64,000 bases of DNA from Timonella sp. (lineage in GTDB: Bacteria > Actinomycetota > Actinomycetes > Actinomycetales > Cellulomonadaceae): positions 34,014 through 98,013 of the forward strand of contig DALZEF010000006.1 in assembly GCA_031979385.1 (NCBI GenBank), given 5' to 3'. The notes under the pieces are model-generated. The model had not been told where the DNA came from and ran no database searches. It saw nothing but the letters and a program-made list of their open reading frames with translations. Numbering within the stretch: the stretch's first letter is position 1; every line of letters begins with the position of its first letter. This document shows positions 40,833-50,713 of this stretch, one piece after another. The position numbers and the translations under genes are program-made.

Positions 40833-41162
40833 TCAGTGTGCCGCGTCGTATGCGTCGCGGATTTCCTGTGGAACGCGTCCGCGCACATTAACCTCGTAGC
40901 CATTTGCACGAGCCCAGTCGCGAACCTCGGTAGCTGAAGGGCCACCAACGGTTGCGGCACGGCCCTTGCGCGCACCACGGGTGCCACGACCGACCTTACG
41001 GGATACCGCTACGTAATCAGCAAGAGCTCCACGAAGCTTCTCAGCGTTGCTAGTGTTCAGGTCGATCTCGTAGGAAACACCGTCAAGGCCGAACTGAACA
41101 GTCTCGTCTGCGGAACCACCATTGAGATCATCCACAAGGATGACTTGAACCTTCTGTGCCAT
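40833..41162 (-). CDS. lsr2: Lsr2 family nucleoid-associated protein (xenogeneic silencer)
   Basis: MAQKVQVILVDDL...DGVSYEIDL plus the C-terminal AT-hook-like motif (VRDWARANGYEVNVRGRVPQE). It is adjacent to lysS, as in mycobacteria. Confidence 0.95.
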   Translation of the reverse strand: MAQKVQVILVDDLNGGSADETVQFGLDGVSYEIDLNTSNAEKLRGALADYVAVSRKVGRGTRGARKGRAATVGGPSATEVRDWARANGYEVNVRGRVPQEIRDAYDAAH

Positions 41163-41246
41163 TTCAAACTCTTTCGTGAGCAAATTGCGTTGGACTGTAA
41201 AACGATGATTACAGAATCCAATCAAGTCGTCAAATGAAAACGCTAT

Positions 41247-41432
41247 TCACTCATCCGTAGAATTCGGCGACTCCTGCTGCGCTTCTCGCTCTAATTCGGC
41301 CAGTTGCGCACGCTCGTTTTTGTCAGCTCGAAGCACGAATCTCATGACAAAGTAAAACAGCACTCCGACCCCAATGGACGGAACCAAGGCCGCGAATCCC
41401 AGCCAAAAGCCTTCCATACCAACGCCTTCCAA
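41247..41432 (-). CDS. small hypothetical membrane protein
   Basis: One TM helix (FAALVPSIGVGVLFYFVMRFVL) and a charged tail, wedged between lysS and lsr2. Confidence 0.4.
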   Translation of the reverse strand: MEGVGMEGFWLGFAALVPSIGVGVLFYFVMRFVLRADKNERAQLAELEREAQQESPNSTDE

Positions 41433-41458
41433 TTAATGGGGTGCAACACCCATATTCG

Positions 41459-43006
41459 TTAGTTCTGCGGCTTGACCAGCGGGAACAGAATTGTCTCCCG
41501 AATACCCAGGCCAGTGAGCGCCATAAGCAGACGGTCAAGCCCCATTCCCATACCTCCGCTTGGCGGCATCGCATATTCCATTGCAGTGAGGAAGTCTTCG
41601 TCCAGGACCATTGCCTCGTCATCGCCAGCGGCAGCCAGAATTGCCTGTGCCTCGAAGCGTTGTCGCTGGATAACAGGGTCAACAAGCTCTGAATATGCTG
41701 TGGCAAGTTCAAATCCACGGACGTAGAGGTCCCACTTTTCCACCACGCCCCTCTTTGAACGGTGGTCGCGAGTGAGCGGTGAAGTTTCCACTGGGAAATC
41801 ACGTACAAAAGTGGGTTCATACAGGTCATCGCCCACAAAGTGTTCCCAAAGTTCTTCAACCAGTTTTCCATGGTTGGTCTTTTTAGGATCGACCTTTACG
41901 TCAACCTTGTCGGCGAGTTTCTGGAGTTCCGCCACTGAGGTCTCTGGGGTGATCTCCAGTCCCGCGGCAGAGGACAGCGAGTCATACATGGATAGTTCTG
42001 CCCACTCTCCGCCGAGTTCGTACTGCTCTCCGTTCGCGAGCGTCACGAGAGTCTCACCGTCATACGCATCGCGGGCCGCGGTCTGTACGAGATCCTTGGT
42101 GAGTGCCGCCATGGTGTTGTAGTCGCCATAGGCTTCATAGGCTTCAAGCATCGCGAACTCTGGCGAGTGGCTTGAGTCCACTCCCTCGTTGCGGAAGTTG
42201 CGGTTGATCTCGAAGACCTTTTCGATACCACCCACCACGGCACGCTTGAGGAACAGTTCTGGTGCGATGCGCAGGTACAGTTCCATGTCGAACGCGTTCA
42301 TGTGCGTCACGAACGGTCGAGCTGCGGCCCCACCGTGGATGGTCTGCAGCATCGGGGTCTCGATCTCAAGGAAGTCCCGATTGTGGAAGTTGTTGCGCAG
42401 GGATCGTACGACTGCAGCCCGGAGGCGAGCGTTGTCACGGGCTGCGGGGCGTGCAATGAGGTCGACGTAGCGTTGGCGTACGCGGGCTTCCTCTGACAGC
42501 TCAGCGCTCGTGCCATCCTCGCGCTCGTACATGTTTGGCAGCGGACGCAGCGACTTCGCGGCAATCGCCCACTCACTGGCAAAGATGGACAGTTCACCCC
42601 GGCGCGAGGAAATGACACGGCCCTTCGCGAACAGGTGGTCCCCAAGGTCGACGTCAGCCTTGAAGGCGGCGAGCGATTCAGCCCCGATTTCGCCCTGCGA
42701 GAGCATCACCTGGATGCGGCTGCCCTCACCGTCTTGCAGGGACACGAAACAGAGCTTTCCGGTGTTGCGGAGGAAGACAACGCGTCCTGCGATCCCGACA
42801 ACGTCATCGGTCTCTTCCCCGGTGTCAAGGTGAGCGTACTGCTGACGCACCTGCTTGATCTCGTGAGTGCGATCCACGGTCACCGGGTACGCTTCACCGC
42901 CTTCAGCGATGAGGCGCGCACGCTTCTCACGGCGCACTCGCAACTGCTCGGGCAGATCGGTTTCAGTGGTGGCGTTAGCCGCGGTGTTCTTTGGGTCTTC
43001 AGTCAC
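41459..43006 (-). CDS. lysS: lysine--tRNA ligase (class II)
   Basis: It has an OB-fold anticodon-binding domain and class II motifs (FRNEG..., [10 protein letters not shown]). Confidence 0.95.
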   Translation of the reverse strand: MTEDPKNTAANATTETDLPEQLRVRREKRARLIAEGGEAYPVTVDRTHEIKQVRQQYAHLDTGEETDDVVGIAGRVVFLRNTGKLCFVSLQDGEGSRIQVMLSQGEIGAESLAAFKADVDLGDHLFAKGRVISSRRGELSIFASEWAIAAKSLRPLPNMYEREDGTSAELSEEARVRQRYVDLIARPAARDNARLRAAVVRSLRNNFHNRDFLEIETPMLQTIHGGAAARPFVTHMNAFDMELYLRIAPELFLKRAVVGGIEKVFEINRNFRNEGVDSSHSPEFAMLEAYEAYGDYNTMAALTKDLVQTAARDAYDGETLVTLANGEQYELGGEWAELSMYDSLSSAAGLEITPETSVAELQKLADKVDVKVDPKKTNHGKLVEELWEHFVGDDLYEPTFVRDFPVETSPLTRDHRSKRGVVEKWDLYVRGFELATAYSELVDPVIQRQRFEAQAILAAAGDDEAMVLDEDFLTAMEYAMPPSGGMGMGLDRLLMALTGLGIRETILFPLVKPQN

Positions 43007-43103
43007 CCGTTTATTCTATCCGCCGCAAGCGATCCTAAAACTGGCACTATCGGTGGTACGGCTCACTTTCAGCGATCGGGTTCGGCCACCTGATCCGCTG
43101 GGC

Positions 43104-44093
43104 TCATCGGCTGACGAGATCCAGAGCGAGGTCGAGGATTGGAGCGGAGTGCGTCAGAGCGCCCACGGACATGTAGTCAACGCCCGTGGCCGCGATTCCC
43201 GCAGCACGCGGTACGGTCACGGTCCCGGTTGCCTCGAGTTCGATCTTGCCCAGGTCGGCTTCGCGGGGACGCAGCGTCTCCACAACCGCACGCATCTCGT
43301 CGTTGCTCATGTTGTCCAGTAGCAGGAACCGCGCCCCCGCATCAACGGCCTCAATGGCCTGGGCATAGGTGTCGGCCTCCACCTGGACGAGCACCTCAGG
43401 GAACTGTGCGCGAACAGCCTCGATTGCCGCCGATACCGATCCCGCGGCAACCACGTGGTTGTCCTTAACCATTGCGACATCGTACAGTCCCATACGCTTG
43501 TTGGTGCCGCCACCGGCCCGTACCGCGTACTTTTCAAGTTCACGCAGCCCCGGAGTGGTTTTGCGGGTGTCAAGCACCATCGCAGATGTACCCTCGAGCT
43601 GGTCCGCAAACACCCGGGTCGCGGTCGCAACGCCGGATGCGCGACTCGCCAGGTTCAACAGGGTACGTTCCGCGATGAGGATCGCTTGAACCGGGGCGGT
43701 CAACACCGCAAGACGGTCTCCCGCCCTCACCCGGGTTCCGTCGGGAACGTCGAACACGACAGATGACACAGGCCCATCCGCATTCGTCATTCCGAAGCGT
43801 TCAGCCACCTGTGCAAGAGCCTCAGGCACCACGGCAAGCCCTGCCACAACACCATTCTGGCGCGCCATCAGATGTGCCGTGACCTGTTTGCTCGGCGAAA
43901 TCGTCGCCTGCGAGGTCACATCCCGTCCAGGGAAGCCTCCCAGGTCCTCATCCAGGGTCATACGTACCGTTCGGCGCACCCAGTCAAGATCAAGTGGCTC
44001 CACACCCGGTGCCATTGGCGATACCGAAGCGATCATTGTGCTGTTCCTCTGTTTCATTGACGACGAGCCGGTTGCTCTACGCACCCGGCTCAC
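43104..44093 (-). CDS. nadC: nicotinate-nucleotide diphosphorylase (carboxylating)
   Basis: QPRTase motifs (LDTRKTTPG, DNHV, LLDNM). The start is uncertain. Confidence 0.9.
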   Translation of the reverse strand: MSRVRRATGSSSMKQRNSTMIASVSPMAPGVEPLDLDWVRRTVRMTLDEDLGGFPGRDVTSQATISPSKQVTAHLMARQNGVVAGLAVVPEALAQVAERFGMTNADGPVSSVVFDVPDGTRVRAGDRLAVLTAPVQAILIAERTLLNLASRASGVATATRVFADQLEGTSAMVLDTRKTTPGLRELEKYAVRAGGGTNKRMGLYDVAMVKDNHVVAAGSVSAAIEAVRAQFPEVLVQVEADTYAQAIEAVDAGARFLLLDNMSNDEMRAVVETLRPREADLGKIELEATGTVTVPRAAGIAATGVDYMSVGALTHSAPILDLALDLVSR

Positions 44094-44136
44094 CGATTAC
44101 CTGTGCCCACGTCAGATCTGGCAGCGCTGCTGCCAG

Positions 44137-45888
44137 CTAGTTGTGTTCGCCGCGCCGCAGCGGAGCGGTATCCGTCACCAGCGTGCCGTCATCGTGCAGG
44201 CGGATGATCACGCGCTGTAGCCACTCGTCGGAAATCTGTGGAAAGTCGGTGCGGTAATGCCCGCCGCGCGTCTCCTCGCGAGCCAGCGCGGCGGCCGCGA
44301 GCGCTGAGGACACCATGTGAATGTTGGTGGCCTCCCATTCCGCAGCCTGTGGGGTGGCGTGGTGATCACCCGCAAGCGATTCCGGCACTGCGGCATCGGT
44401 GCGCACCTGACCCAGTTTGTCGAGGGTGACGCGCAATGACTCCGCACTGCGGCGAACTCCAGCACCTGCGGTCATCGCCCTCTGGATTCGCGAACGTGAG
44501 GCGGCCATGACCAAGCCACTCGAGCCCTCTCGCGGTGCGGGTTCCCGCTGTGGTAGTTCCCCAGCCGCCATGCGGGCCGCAATGTCCCTTGCGGCTCGCT
44601 GTGCGAACACAAGACCTTCGAGAAGGGAATTCGAGGCGAGACGATTCGCCCCGTGTACGCCGGTGCACGCAGACTCGCCGACCGCATACAAACCGCGCAG
44701 GGTGGAACGCCCATTGATGTTGGTGACGATCCCACCCGAGTGATAGTGCTGCGCAGGAGCCACAGGGACCGGTTCGGCGGTGATGTCGAATCCCTGGGCA
44801 AGGAGTCTTTCGTAGATCGTGGGGAAACGCGATTTCAGGAAGTCGGTGCCGAGATGACGAGCGTCCAGTAGGACGTGATCGGAGTTGGTCTGAGCCATCT
44901 GTTCCACTATCGCGTGTGCGACCACGTCGCGTGGGGCAAGTTCAGCCATGGGGTGGATATCCGGCATGAACCGCTTACCGTCAACGTCGATCAGGTAGGC
45001 GCCCTCGCCGCGAACCGCCTCCGAAATGAGCGTGAGCTGGCCCTTCGCGCCTGACCCGAGCCACAGTACCGTCGGATGGAACTGCACGAACTCCAGATCC
45101 GCGAGGTCCGCACCAGCCCGTAAAGCGGCCGCTGTCCCATCACCCGTGGTCTGTGCCGGGTTCGTCGAGGACACGTAGACCTGTCCGATTCCCCCGGTTG
45201 CCAGAACGACCGCACGCGCCAGTGCTGCGCCCACGCCATCACGCTGCCCCTCACCACGGACGTGCAGCGTCACACCGCAGGCGACACGGCGATCATTGTC
45301 GTTCTCCTGCGGTTCGATCAGTCCCGATGAAGTCAAAATGTCGAGTACCTGAGCGTGTTCGATGACTTCGATATCCGGGTCGTTGCGAACAGCTTCCAGT
45401 TGCGCCACCAGGGCACGGCTGATCTCAGCGCCCGTTGCATCCCCACCCGCATGCGCAATACGGTCAGCGTGGTGTCCGCCCTCCCTGGTGAGGGCCACAT
45501 CGCCGTCGGGTTCAAGGTCGAACTTGGTGCCACGTTCGATCAGTTCCCGCACGCGTGCCGGGCCTTCGGTCACCAAGACCTCAACGGCATCCGTGTCACA
45601 CAGACCCACGCCCGCAGTCAGAGTATCCTCGAGGTGAGCCTGCGGTGAATCGCTCGGGTCAAGAGCCGCTGCGATCCCACCCTGCGCCCACACTGTTGAA
45701 CCCGATGACAGCCGGTCCTTGGTCACCAAGAGCACCCGTCCCACATGCGAACGCAGTTCGAGGGCTGCGGTGAGACCGGCGATGCCGCTGCCCACGACAA
45801 TCACGTCCGCGCGAGCCACCCATCCAGGGTCGGCCGCTGACAGGTGCGTGGGCAGGCAGATGCGTGGCTCCGCTTGGGGCGTCAGCAT
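44137..45888 (-). CDS. nadB: L-aspartate oxidase
   Basis: FAD-binding motif VVGSGIAGL and a succinate-dehydrogenase/fumarate-reductase flavoprotein fold. The length is 583 aa. Confidence 0.9.
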   Translation of the reverse strand: MLTPQAEPRICLPTHLSAADPGWVARADVIVVGSGIAGLTAALELRSHVGRVLLVTKDRLSSGSTVWAQGGIAAALDPSDSPQAHLEDTLTAGVGLCDTDAVEVLVTEGPARVRELIERGTKFDLEPDGDVALTREGGHHADRIAHAGGDATGAEISRALVAQLEAVRNDPDIEVIEHAQVLDILTSSGLIEPQENDNDRRVACGVTLHVRGEGQRDGVGAALARAVVLATGGIGQVYVSSTNPAQTTGDGTAAALRAGADLADLEFVQFHPTVLWLGSGAKGQLTLISEAVRGEGAYLIDVDGKRFMPDIHPMAELAPRDVVAHAIVEQMAQTNSDHVLLDARHLGTDFLKSRFPTIYERLLAQGFDITAEPVPVAPAQHYHSGGIVTNINGRSTLRGLYAVGESACTGVHGANRLASNSLLEGLVFAQRAARDIAARMAAGELPQREPAPREGSSGLVMAASRSRIQRAMTAGAGVRRSAESLRVTLDKLGQVRTDAAVPESLAGDHHATPQAAEWEATNIHMVSSALAAAALAREETRGGHYRTDFPQISDEWLQRVIIRLHDDGTLVTDTAPLRRGEHN

Positions 45889-45905
45889 GGAAGGGGTCTC
45901 CTAGA

Positions 45906-46343
45906 TCATTCTTGGAACGGAGCGATGGGCAGGCCGGAGGGTTCGAGGTCGTAGCCATCGGGGACCAGACCCGGCTCGTTTGAGCACTCGACGATCCTGT
46001 TGTTCTCGTCAACGAACACGACGTGGGGAACGTAGTGGCGGGCCTCGTCGCTGTGCATCATTCCATAGGCGATGAGGATAACCGTGTCTCCAGGGTTGAT
46101 CAGGTGTGCCGCCGCACCGTTGATGCAGATCTGCCCCGAACCAGGCTCGCCCGGAATCACATATGTGGTCAGACGCGAGCCATTGGTCACGTCAACCACG
46201 TCAACCTGTTGACCGGGGTAAAGGTCCGCTGCCTCCAAGAGATCGGCATCCACGGTGATCGACCCGACGTAGTGCAGGTCGGCCTGCGTCACGGTGGCTC
46301 GGTGGATCTTCCCAATCATCATTGGGCGTTGCAAAGACGTCAC
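45906..46343 (-). CDS. panD: aspartate 1-decarboxylase
   Basis: [21 protein letters not shown] contains the self-processing Gly-Ser site. Confidence 0.95.
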   Translation of the reverse strand: MTSLQRPMMIGKIHRATVTQADLHYVGSITVDADLLEAADLYPGQQVDVVDVTNGSRLTTYVIPGEPGSGQICINGAAAHLINPGDTVILIAYGMMHSDEARHYVPHVVFVDENNRIVECSNEPGLVPDGYDLEPSGLPIAPFQE

Positions 46344-46397
46344 GGTAAAAGTTCCTTCAAAACAGCTATGTTGGCGCGTGTGCCTTAAGGCAACGGC

Positions 46398-47282
46398 TCA
46401 GACGTGGGCTGAGCCAAGTACGATGCGCATGTTGTCAATAAGTCTAGTCCTGCCCACGCGAGCGGCCACGAGGACAAGTGCCTCCCCTGTGAACTGGTCC
46501 CCCGCATCCGCGATCGTGTCGGGGTCGACCACAACACAGTAGTCCACTTCGATACCTGGCTGATCAGCAAAGACTTTGAGGGCTGCCGCACGCGCCTCAA
46601 GCGCATCGGCGCCACCCTCCGCTGCCTGGCATGCAGCGAAAAGCGCTCGCGACAAAGTGAGTGCGATCTCACGTTCTTCAACGGTCAGGTAGGCGTTCCG
46701 CGAAGACAGAGCCAACCCATCCTCTTGACGCACGATGGGGACGGGACAGATGTCTACCCTGTGTCCGAAGTCCTTCACCATCCTTTGGATGATGAGCAGT
46801 TGTTGTGCATCCTTCTCCCCGAAGAATGCAAGGTCTGGATCGATGAGGTTCAGTAGTTTGTTCACAACCGTGACCACCCCATCGAAGTGGGTGGGACGGA
46901 ATTCTCCCTCAAGGACTGTGCCAAGTTTCCCCGCCGTCGCCCGAACGAGCGGATCCCCTCCCGGATACATGTCCTCCAGCGTCGGAGCGAAGACGACATC
47001 CACTCCGTGCTGGCCGAGCAATTCCACGTCCGCCTCAAGCGTGCGCGGGTAGGCGTCATAGTCCTCGCCGGGACCAAACTGCAGGGGGTTGACGAAAATC
47101 GTCACAACGACCTGATGCGCTGCGGCCCGTGCTTGATCCACGAGTTCCATGTGCCCGGCGTGCAGCGCCCCCATGGTCATGACGACGGCGCGCGGGGCTC
47201 GGGAACCATCACCGGGAATAGTCTGGCCAAGGATCTGACGTAACTGCTGCTGAGTGTGTACTACGAGTGGCTTGTGAGCCAT
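46398..47282 (-). CDS. panC: pantoate--beta-alanine ligase
   Basis: MGALHAGH motif. I chose the ATG at 47282 (MAHKPLVV) because the longer ORF would overlap the upstream gene. Confidence 0.9.
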   Translation of the reverse strand: MAHKPLVVHTQQQLRQILGQTIPGDGSRAPRAVVMTMGALHAGHMELVDQARAAAHQVVVTIFVNPLQFGPGEDYDAYPRTLEADVELLGQHGVDVVFAPTLEDMYPGGDPLVRATAGKLGTVLEGEFRPTHFDGVVTVVNKLLNLIDPDLAFFGEKDAQQLLIIQRMVKDFGHRVDICPVPIVRQEDGLALSSRNAYLTVEEREIALTLSRALFAACQAAEGGADALEARAAALKVFADQPGIEVDYCVVVDPDTIADAGDQFTGEALVLVAARVGRTRLIDNMRIVLGSAHV

Positions 47283-47385
47283 GAGCTTCCTTAGATCACC
47301 GTTGCTTATTGCTTTATAGTCACGAACTTTCGTCCGTTGCGCTGCGGTAGGGGCCTGCTCCGCGAAACCCCTACACTCCGCTCCA

Positions 47386-48318
47386 CTACTTTGTCCGCAA
47401 CGAGTGCGCCAACGTATCGAGCAGGTCTTGTGCCTGGCCCTCATTGATCCGGCTAAGGCGCAGTGCACGCGCCGTTGCCGAACGTCCAAGTTCCGCATAC
47501 GAGTGAACCACGTCCATCGCGTCTTCCTGGGCCGCATACTGAGCGATTGTCTCAAGGTGTTTGGCCACGGTTCCGCTATCGCCACGTGCCACAGGACCGG
47601 TCAACGCCGAGATGGGGTCTGAGGTTCCGTCAGCATGCCGCAATGCCCCATCAAGCGCCGCATACAGCAGCGGAGCGAGCGTGTGGCCCGGATGGGAGAT
47701 GCCAGCCTGCGCAAGCATCTCCGCTGCCTGCGCTACCAGGACGACAAGATGATTGGCTCCGTGTGCGAGAGCCGCATGATAGAGACTGCGCGCCGATTCG
47801 TCGACGACAACGGGTTCACCGCCGATCTCGACCACGAGTGCCTGCCCGATCGGCAGAACCGGGCTTGGAGCCGTCACCGCGAAGGTGGCCCCCTCAAGAC
47901 GGGAGAGATCCAGCGAGGTTCCAGTGAAGGTCATCGCCGGATGGATCGCCAGTGGGATAGCGCCAAGCCCACGCGCTGGGGCCAGGATGTCTGCACCATA
48001 TGCGCCCGAGGTGTGCACCACGATCTGTCCGGGTTGCCAGGCACCCAGATCCGCAAGTCCTTGCACAACAGACTCGAGGGCATCATCAGGAACCGTAAGC
48101 AGCACAAGTTCAGAGCGTTCCACGACCTCCTGCGGAGTGGCAATCGGGATGCCCGGCAGCAACGCGTCAACTCGATCACGCGACTGAGCGGATATTGCGG
48201 TTGCCCCGATGATCGTGTGTCCTGCGGCTCGTAGCGCACTACCGAGAACAGCACCGACCCGGCCCGCCCCAATGATTCCGATGCCAAGGCGGCCCGGCTT
48301 CGTTGTAGTTGCGGTCAT
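47386..48318 (-). CDS. Rossmann-fold oxidoreductase-like protein with a DUF2520 C-terminal domain
   Basis: IGIIGAGRVG dinucleotide-binding motif. Its position upstream of panC is conserved. The ATG at 48318 overlaps the upstream stop (ATGA). Confidence 0.75.
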   Translation of the reverse strand: MTATTTKPGRLGIGIIGAGRVGAVLGSALRAAGHTIIGATAISAQSRDRVDALLPGIPIATPQEVVERSELVLLTVPDDALESVVQGLADLGAWQPGQIVVHTSGAYGADILAPARGLGAIPLAIHPAMTFTGTSLDLSRLEGATFAVTAPSPVLPIGQALVVEIGGEPVVVDESARSLYHAALAHGANHLVVLVAQAAEMLAQAGISHPGHTLAPLLYAALDGALRHADGTSDPISALTGPVARGDSGTVAKHLETIAQYAAQEDAMDVVHSYAELGRSATARALRLSRINEGQAQDLLDTLAHSLRTK

Positions 48319-50087
48319 GGCTCGGGGGTTTCCCTCTCCGGTTCGGTGTCTCCCTCGAAGTGATGCTGTTCGACTTGAGCGAGCCACTGCTCCGGCCCTG
48401 CGGCGGCACGGGCACGACGGGCACGTTCTGCCTGTTCGGCAAGGAGATCTCGGATGGTTTCAGGGCTCTGGTGCGGAACATGGGGAACGATTGATCCGGG
48501 CGTCGAGTGCAATTGGAAACTAGCCACATTCAGAGCACGCTGCCATGGTCCCTGCTTAGCGCCAATGGACTGAGTGCGCTCGTGTGGCACAACTGCAACC
48601 TGGCGAGTCAACCAACCGGTACGGATGACCAGAGCGCGTTCGGTCTCTGCGAATCCGTTGCGCTTGTAACTGAGCGGGTCGAGCCAGCGCGCGGAGCGTG
48701 GGCTCACCGTGAAGCCGCGGTCGGTTCCCTTCCCGTTGAACGCCGCTTCGAGGAATTCCAGCGGCTGTGCCACGCCAAGGTCAGGAAGTACGAGCCACAG
48801 TGCGTCGAGGGCTTCCACGGTGGTACCGACCGGAAGGAGAACCGATTCCATGGACACGGAGTTGCCATTCGTTTCGACCGCTTGACCGGCGACGTTGACG
48901 TCCACCCGCCACCAGCCGAGTTTGCGCCACAGAATCGACTGGCGCAGTCGAACTGCTTGAACGCGTCCCGGTGGAATCGTTTTGGCGCGGGTTTCAAGCA
49001 GTCCGTGCCGGACCCGGATACCGTCCTGGGAGATCGCACCTGTGAAGCCGTATTCGCCGATGATCGCGTTCCATGCCATTGGTCCGAAAGCAAGCAGACC
49101 CGGCAACAATGATAGGGCGATCGCACCGAGTCCAAGCGTGAACAGCACTATGATTGCGACCACGAAGATCACTGCGAAGATGGTCGACCACGACAGTAGG
49201 CCACCGATGATGATCCGCTTGGGTGGGACCTGGTAGATGATGCGTTCCGGGGTCTCATACTGCAGGGCTGGTGGAACTGGAGGGTAGCCGTCAGATGCCG
49301 TATCCGGTTGAGAACCAGGCACAGCGAGACTTGGGGCGCTTCCGTGCATCGCCCCCGTCGGCGCCTCGGATGAAGCACCAGAAGCCGGGGTAGGTACTTG
49401 ACCTCGTACACGCTGGACTGCGCCCGATGCTCGGGCCAGCAGTTCGATGCGCAGCAGGTTTGCCTGCTCTTCCTTGAGGAAGCCGATCTTGACGTTGCTC
49501 TCGCCGCCAGCCGCCGAGGTGATCGTCAGTTCTGCGAGCCCGAAGATACGGGCGATGAGCGGCTTCACGATGTCGATGGACTGGATGCGGTCGAGGCGCG
49601 CCTTGCGTTCCTGACGGAACAGGATCCCGCTGTTCATGTACACCGACTCATGGTCATACGCGTATCGCATCCGGCGCCAGGCAAGGTAGCCGTACAGAAC
49701 AGCCACGATAAGACCGATGACGGCGATACCGAGGACGATCAACACTTCCCAACGCGCGATCGTTTCGACGACCTCTGCCTCATCTGGGTCCTGTCCTACC
49801 AGGCCCTGCCCGAAACTTTGCAGGCCACCGTACAGGATCGCGACGATGACGATCCATCCCTTGATGAACGGGGTCGCCTTGTGAACCTGATGCCACTCTT
49901 TGTCATCGGTTGCCGCGGGAGGTTGACTCTGTAGGGTCTCTACCTGATCGATGGCTGGTACCTCGAGGGGCACCTGGTGACTGGTTGGGGGCGCGAACGA
50001 CTCACGCACTGTGGGCGAGGGGTTCTGCGCGGGATCGGGTGTGCCACCGCTAGGCACAGGAAGATCGTTGTTCTGGCTCACGGTCAC
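48315..50087 (-). CDS. membrane protein with three bacterial PH (bPH_2/YdbT-like) domains, pair 1
   Basis: A Pro-rich N-terminus is followed by TM hairpins alternating with three repeats of the YGR..., R..., G... PH-like module. It forms a GTGA overlap with the upstream gene. Confidence 0.7.
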   Translation of the reverse strand: MTVSQNNDLPVPSGGTPDPAQNPSPTVRESFAPPTSHQVPLEVPAIDQVETLQSQPPAATDDKEWHQVHKATPFIKGWIVIVAILYGGLQSFGQGLVGQDPDEAEVVETIARWEVLIVLGIAVIGLIVAVLYGYLAWRRMRYAYDHESVYMNSGILFRQERKARLDRIQSIDIVKPLIARIFGLAELTITSAAGGESNVKIGFLKEEQANLLRIELLARASGAVQRVRGQVPTPASGASSEAPTGAMHGSAPSLAVPGSQPDTASDGYPPVPPALQYETPERIIYQVPPKRIIIGGLLSWSTIFAVIFVVAIIVLFTLGLGAIALSLLPGLLAFGPMAWNAIIGEYGFTGAISQDGIRVRHGLLETRAKTIPPGRVQAVRLRQSILWRKLGWWRVDVNVAGQAVETNGNSVSMESVLLPVGTTVEALDALWLVLPDLGVAQPLEFLEAAFNGKGTDRGFTVSPRSARWLDPLSYKRNGFAETERALVIRTGWLTRQVAVVPHERTQSIGAKQGPWQRALNVASFQLHSTPGSIVPHVPHQSPETIRDLLAEQAERARRARAAAGPEQWLAQVEQHHFEGDTEPERETPEP

Positions 50088-50593
50088 AGACCTGCCAGTC
50101 GAGACTCGCCGCGGCTCGCCAGGCGGTCGCGGAGTCGAGCAGCCTCTTCCGGGACGAGTCCACTCACCACCGCATCCGTCTGTGCTGAGGCGGTGTGGAG
50201 AGTAACCTTTGCAATGCCGAAGGCACGGTCGAATGGCCCTGCCTCAACATCGACCAGTTGCATGCGTCCGTAGGGCACAACGGTGATCGATTTGAACATG
50301 ACACCCTTTTTCACCAACAGATCGTCCTCGCGTTCGGCGTACCCCATTGCGGGAACCTGCCTGCGAATGACCCAGGCCACCCAGCTAAACAGCACGAGCA
50401 CACCGGCGGGGATCAGGTAGGCCCACACCTCCCTGATCACAATCGCGAGAACCAGTGAACCGATGAGCGGCACGAGTATCGACAGGAACCAGGTCAAAAG
50501 CCGCACGTGCGCCAATTTGGGTGACACCCGCTGCCACTCGATGCCTTCAGGGTCGAAAATGGGGTCCATGAGGTTTCCTCGTACCGGGCGCAC
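50084..50593 (-). CDS. membrane protein with one bacterial PH domain (YdbS-like), pair 1
   Basis: A TM hairpin is followed by VPYGRMQLVDVEAGPFDRAFGIAKV. Confidence 0.7.
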   Translation of the reverse strand: MRPVRGNLMDPIFDPEGIEWQRVSPKLAHVRLLTWFLSILVPLIGSLVLAIVIREVWAYLIPAGVLVLFSWVAWVIRRQVPAMGYAEREDDLLVKKGVMFKSITVVPYGRMQLVDVEAGPFDRAFGIAKVTLHTASAQTDAVVSGLVPEEAARLRDRLASRGESRLAGL

Positions 50594-50713
50594 TACTGAA
50601 GCACGCGAACTTGAGCCAAATCATTGAGCACCTCCACTTTACTGGTGCTCACCGACATCCTTAACTTTCTTTTCCCGTGCTGGGAACAGATCACCCTAGC
50701 ACTTAACTCTGCC

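Noticed and set aside
43053-43062. GGTGGTACGG resembling the conserved T-box core (GGUGGUACCGCG) upstream of lysS
   Set aside because: The motif is on the plus strand, whereas lysS and its leader are transcribed from the minus strand. No specifier-loop architecture is visible, so I treat it as coincidence.
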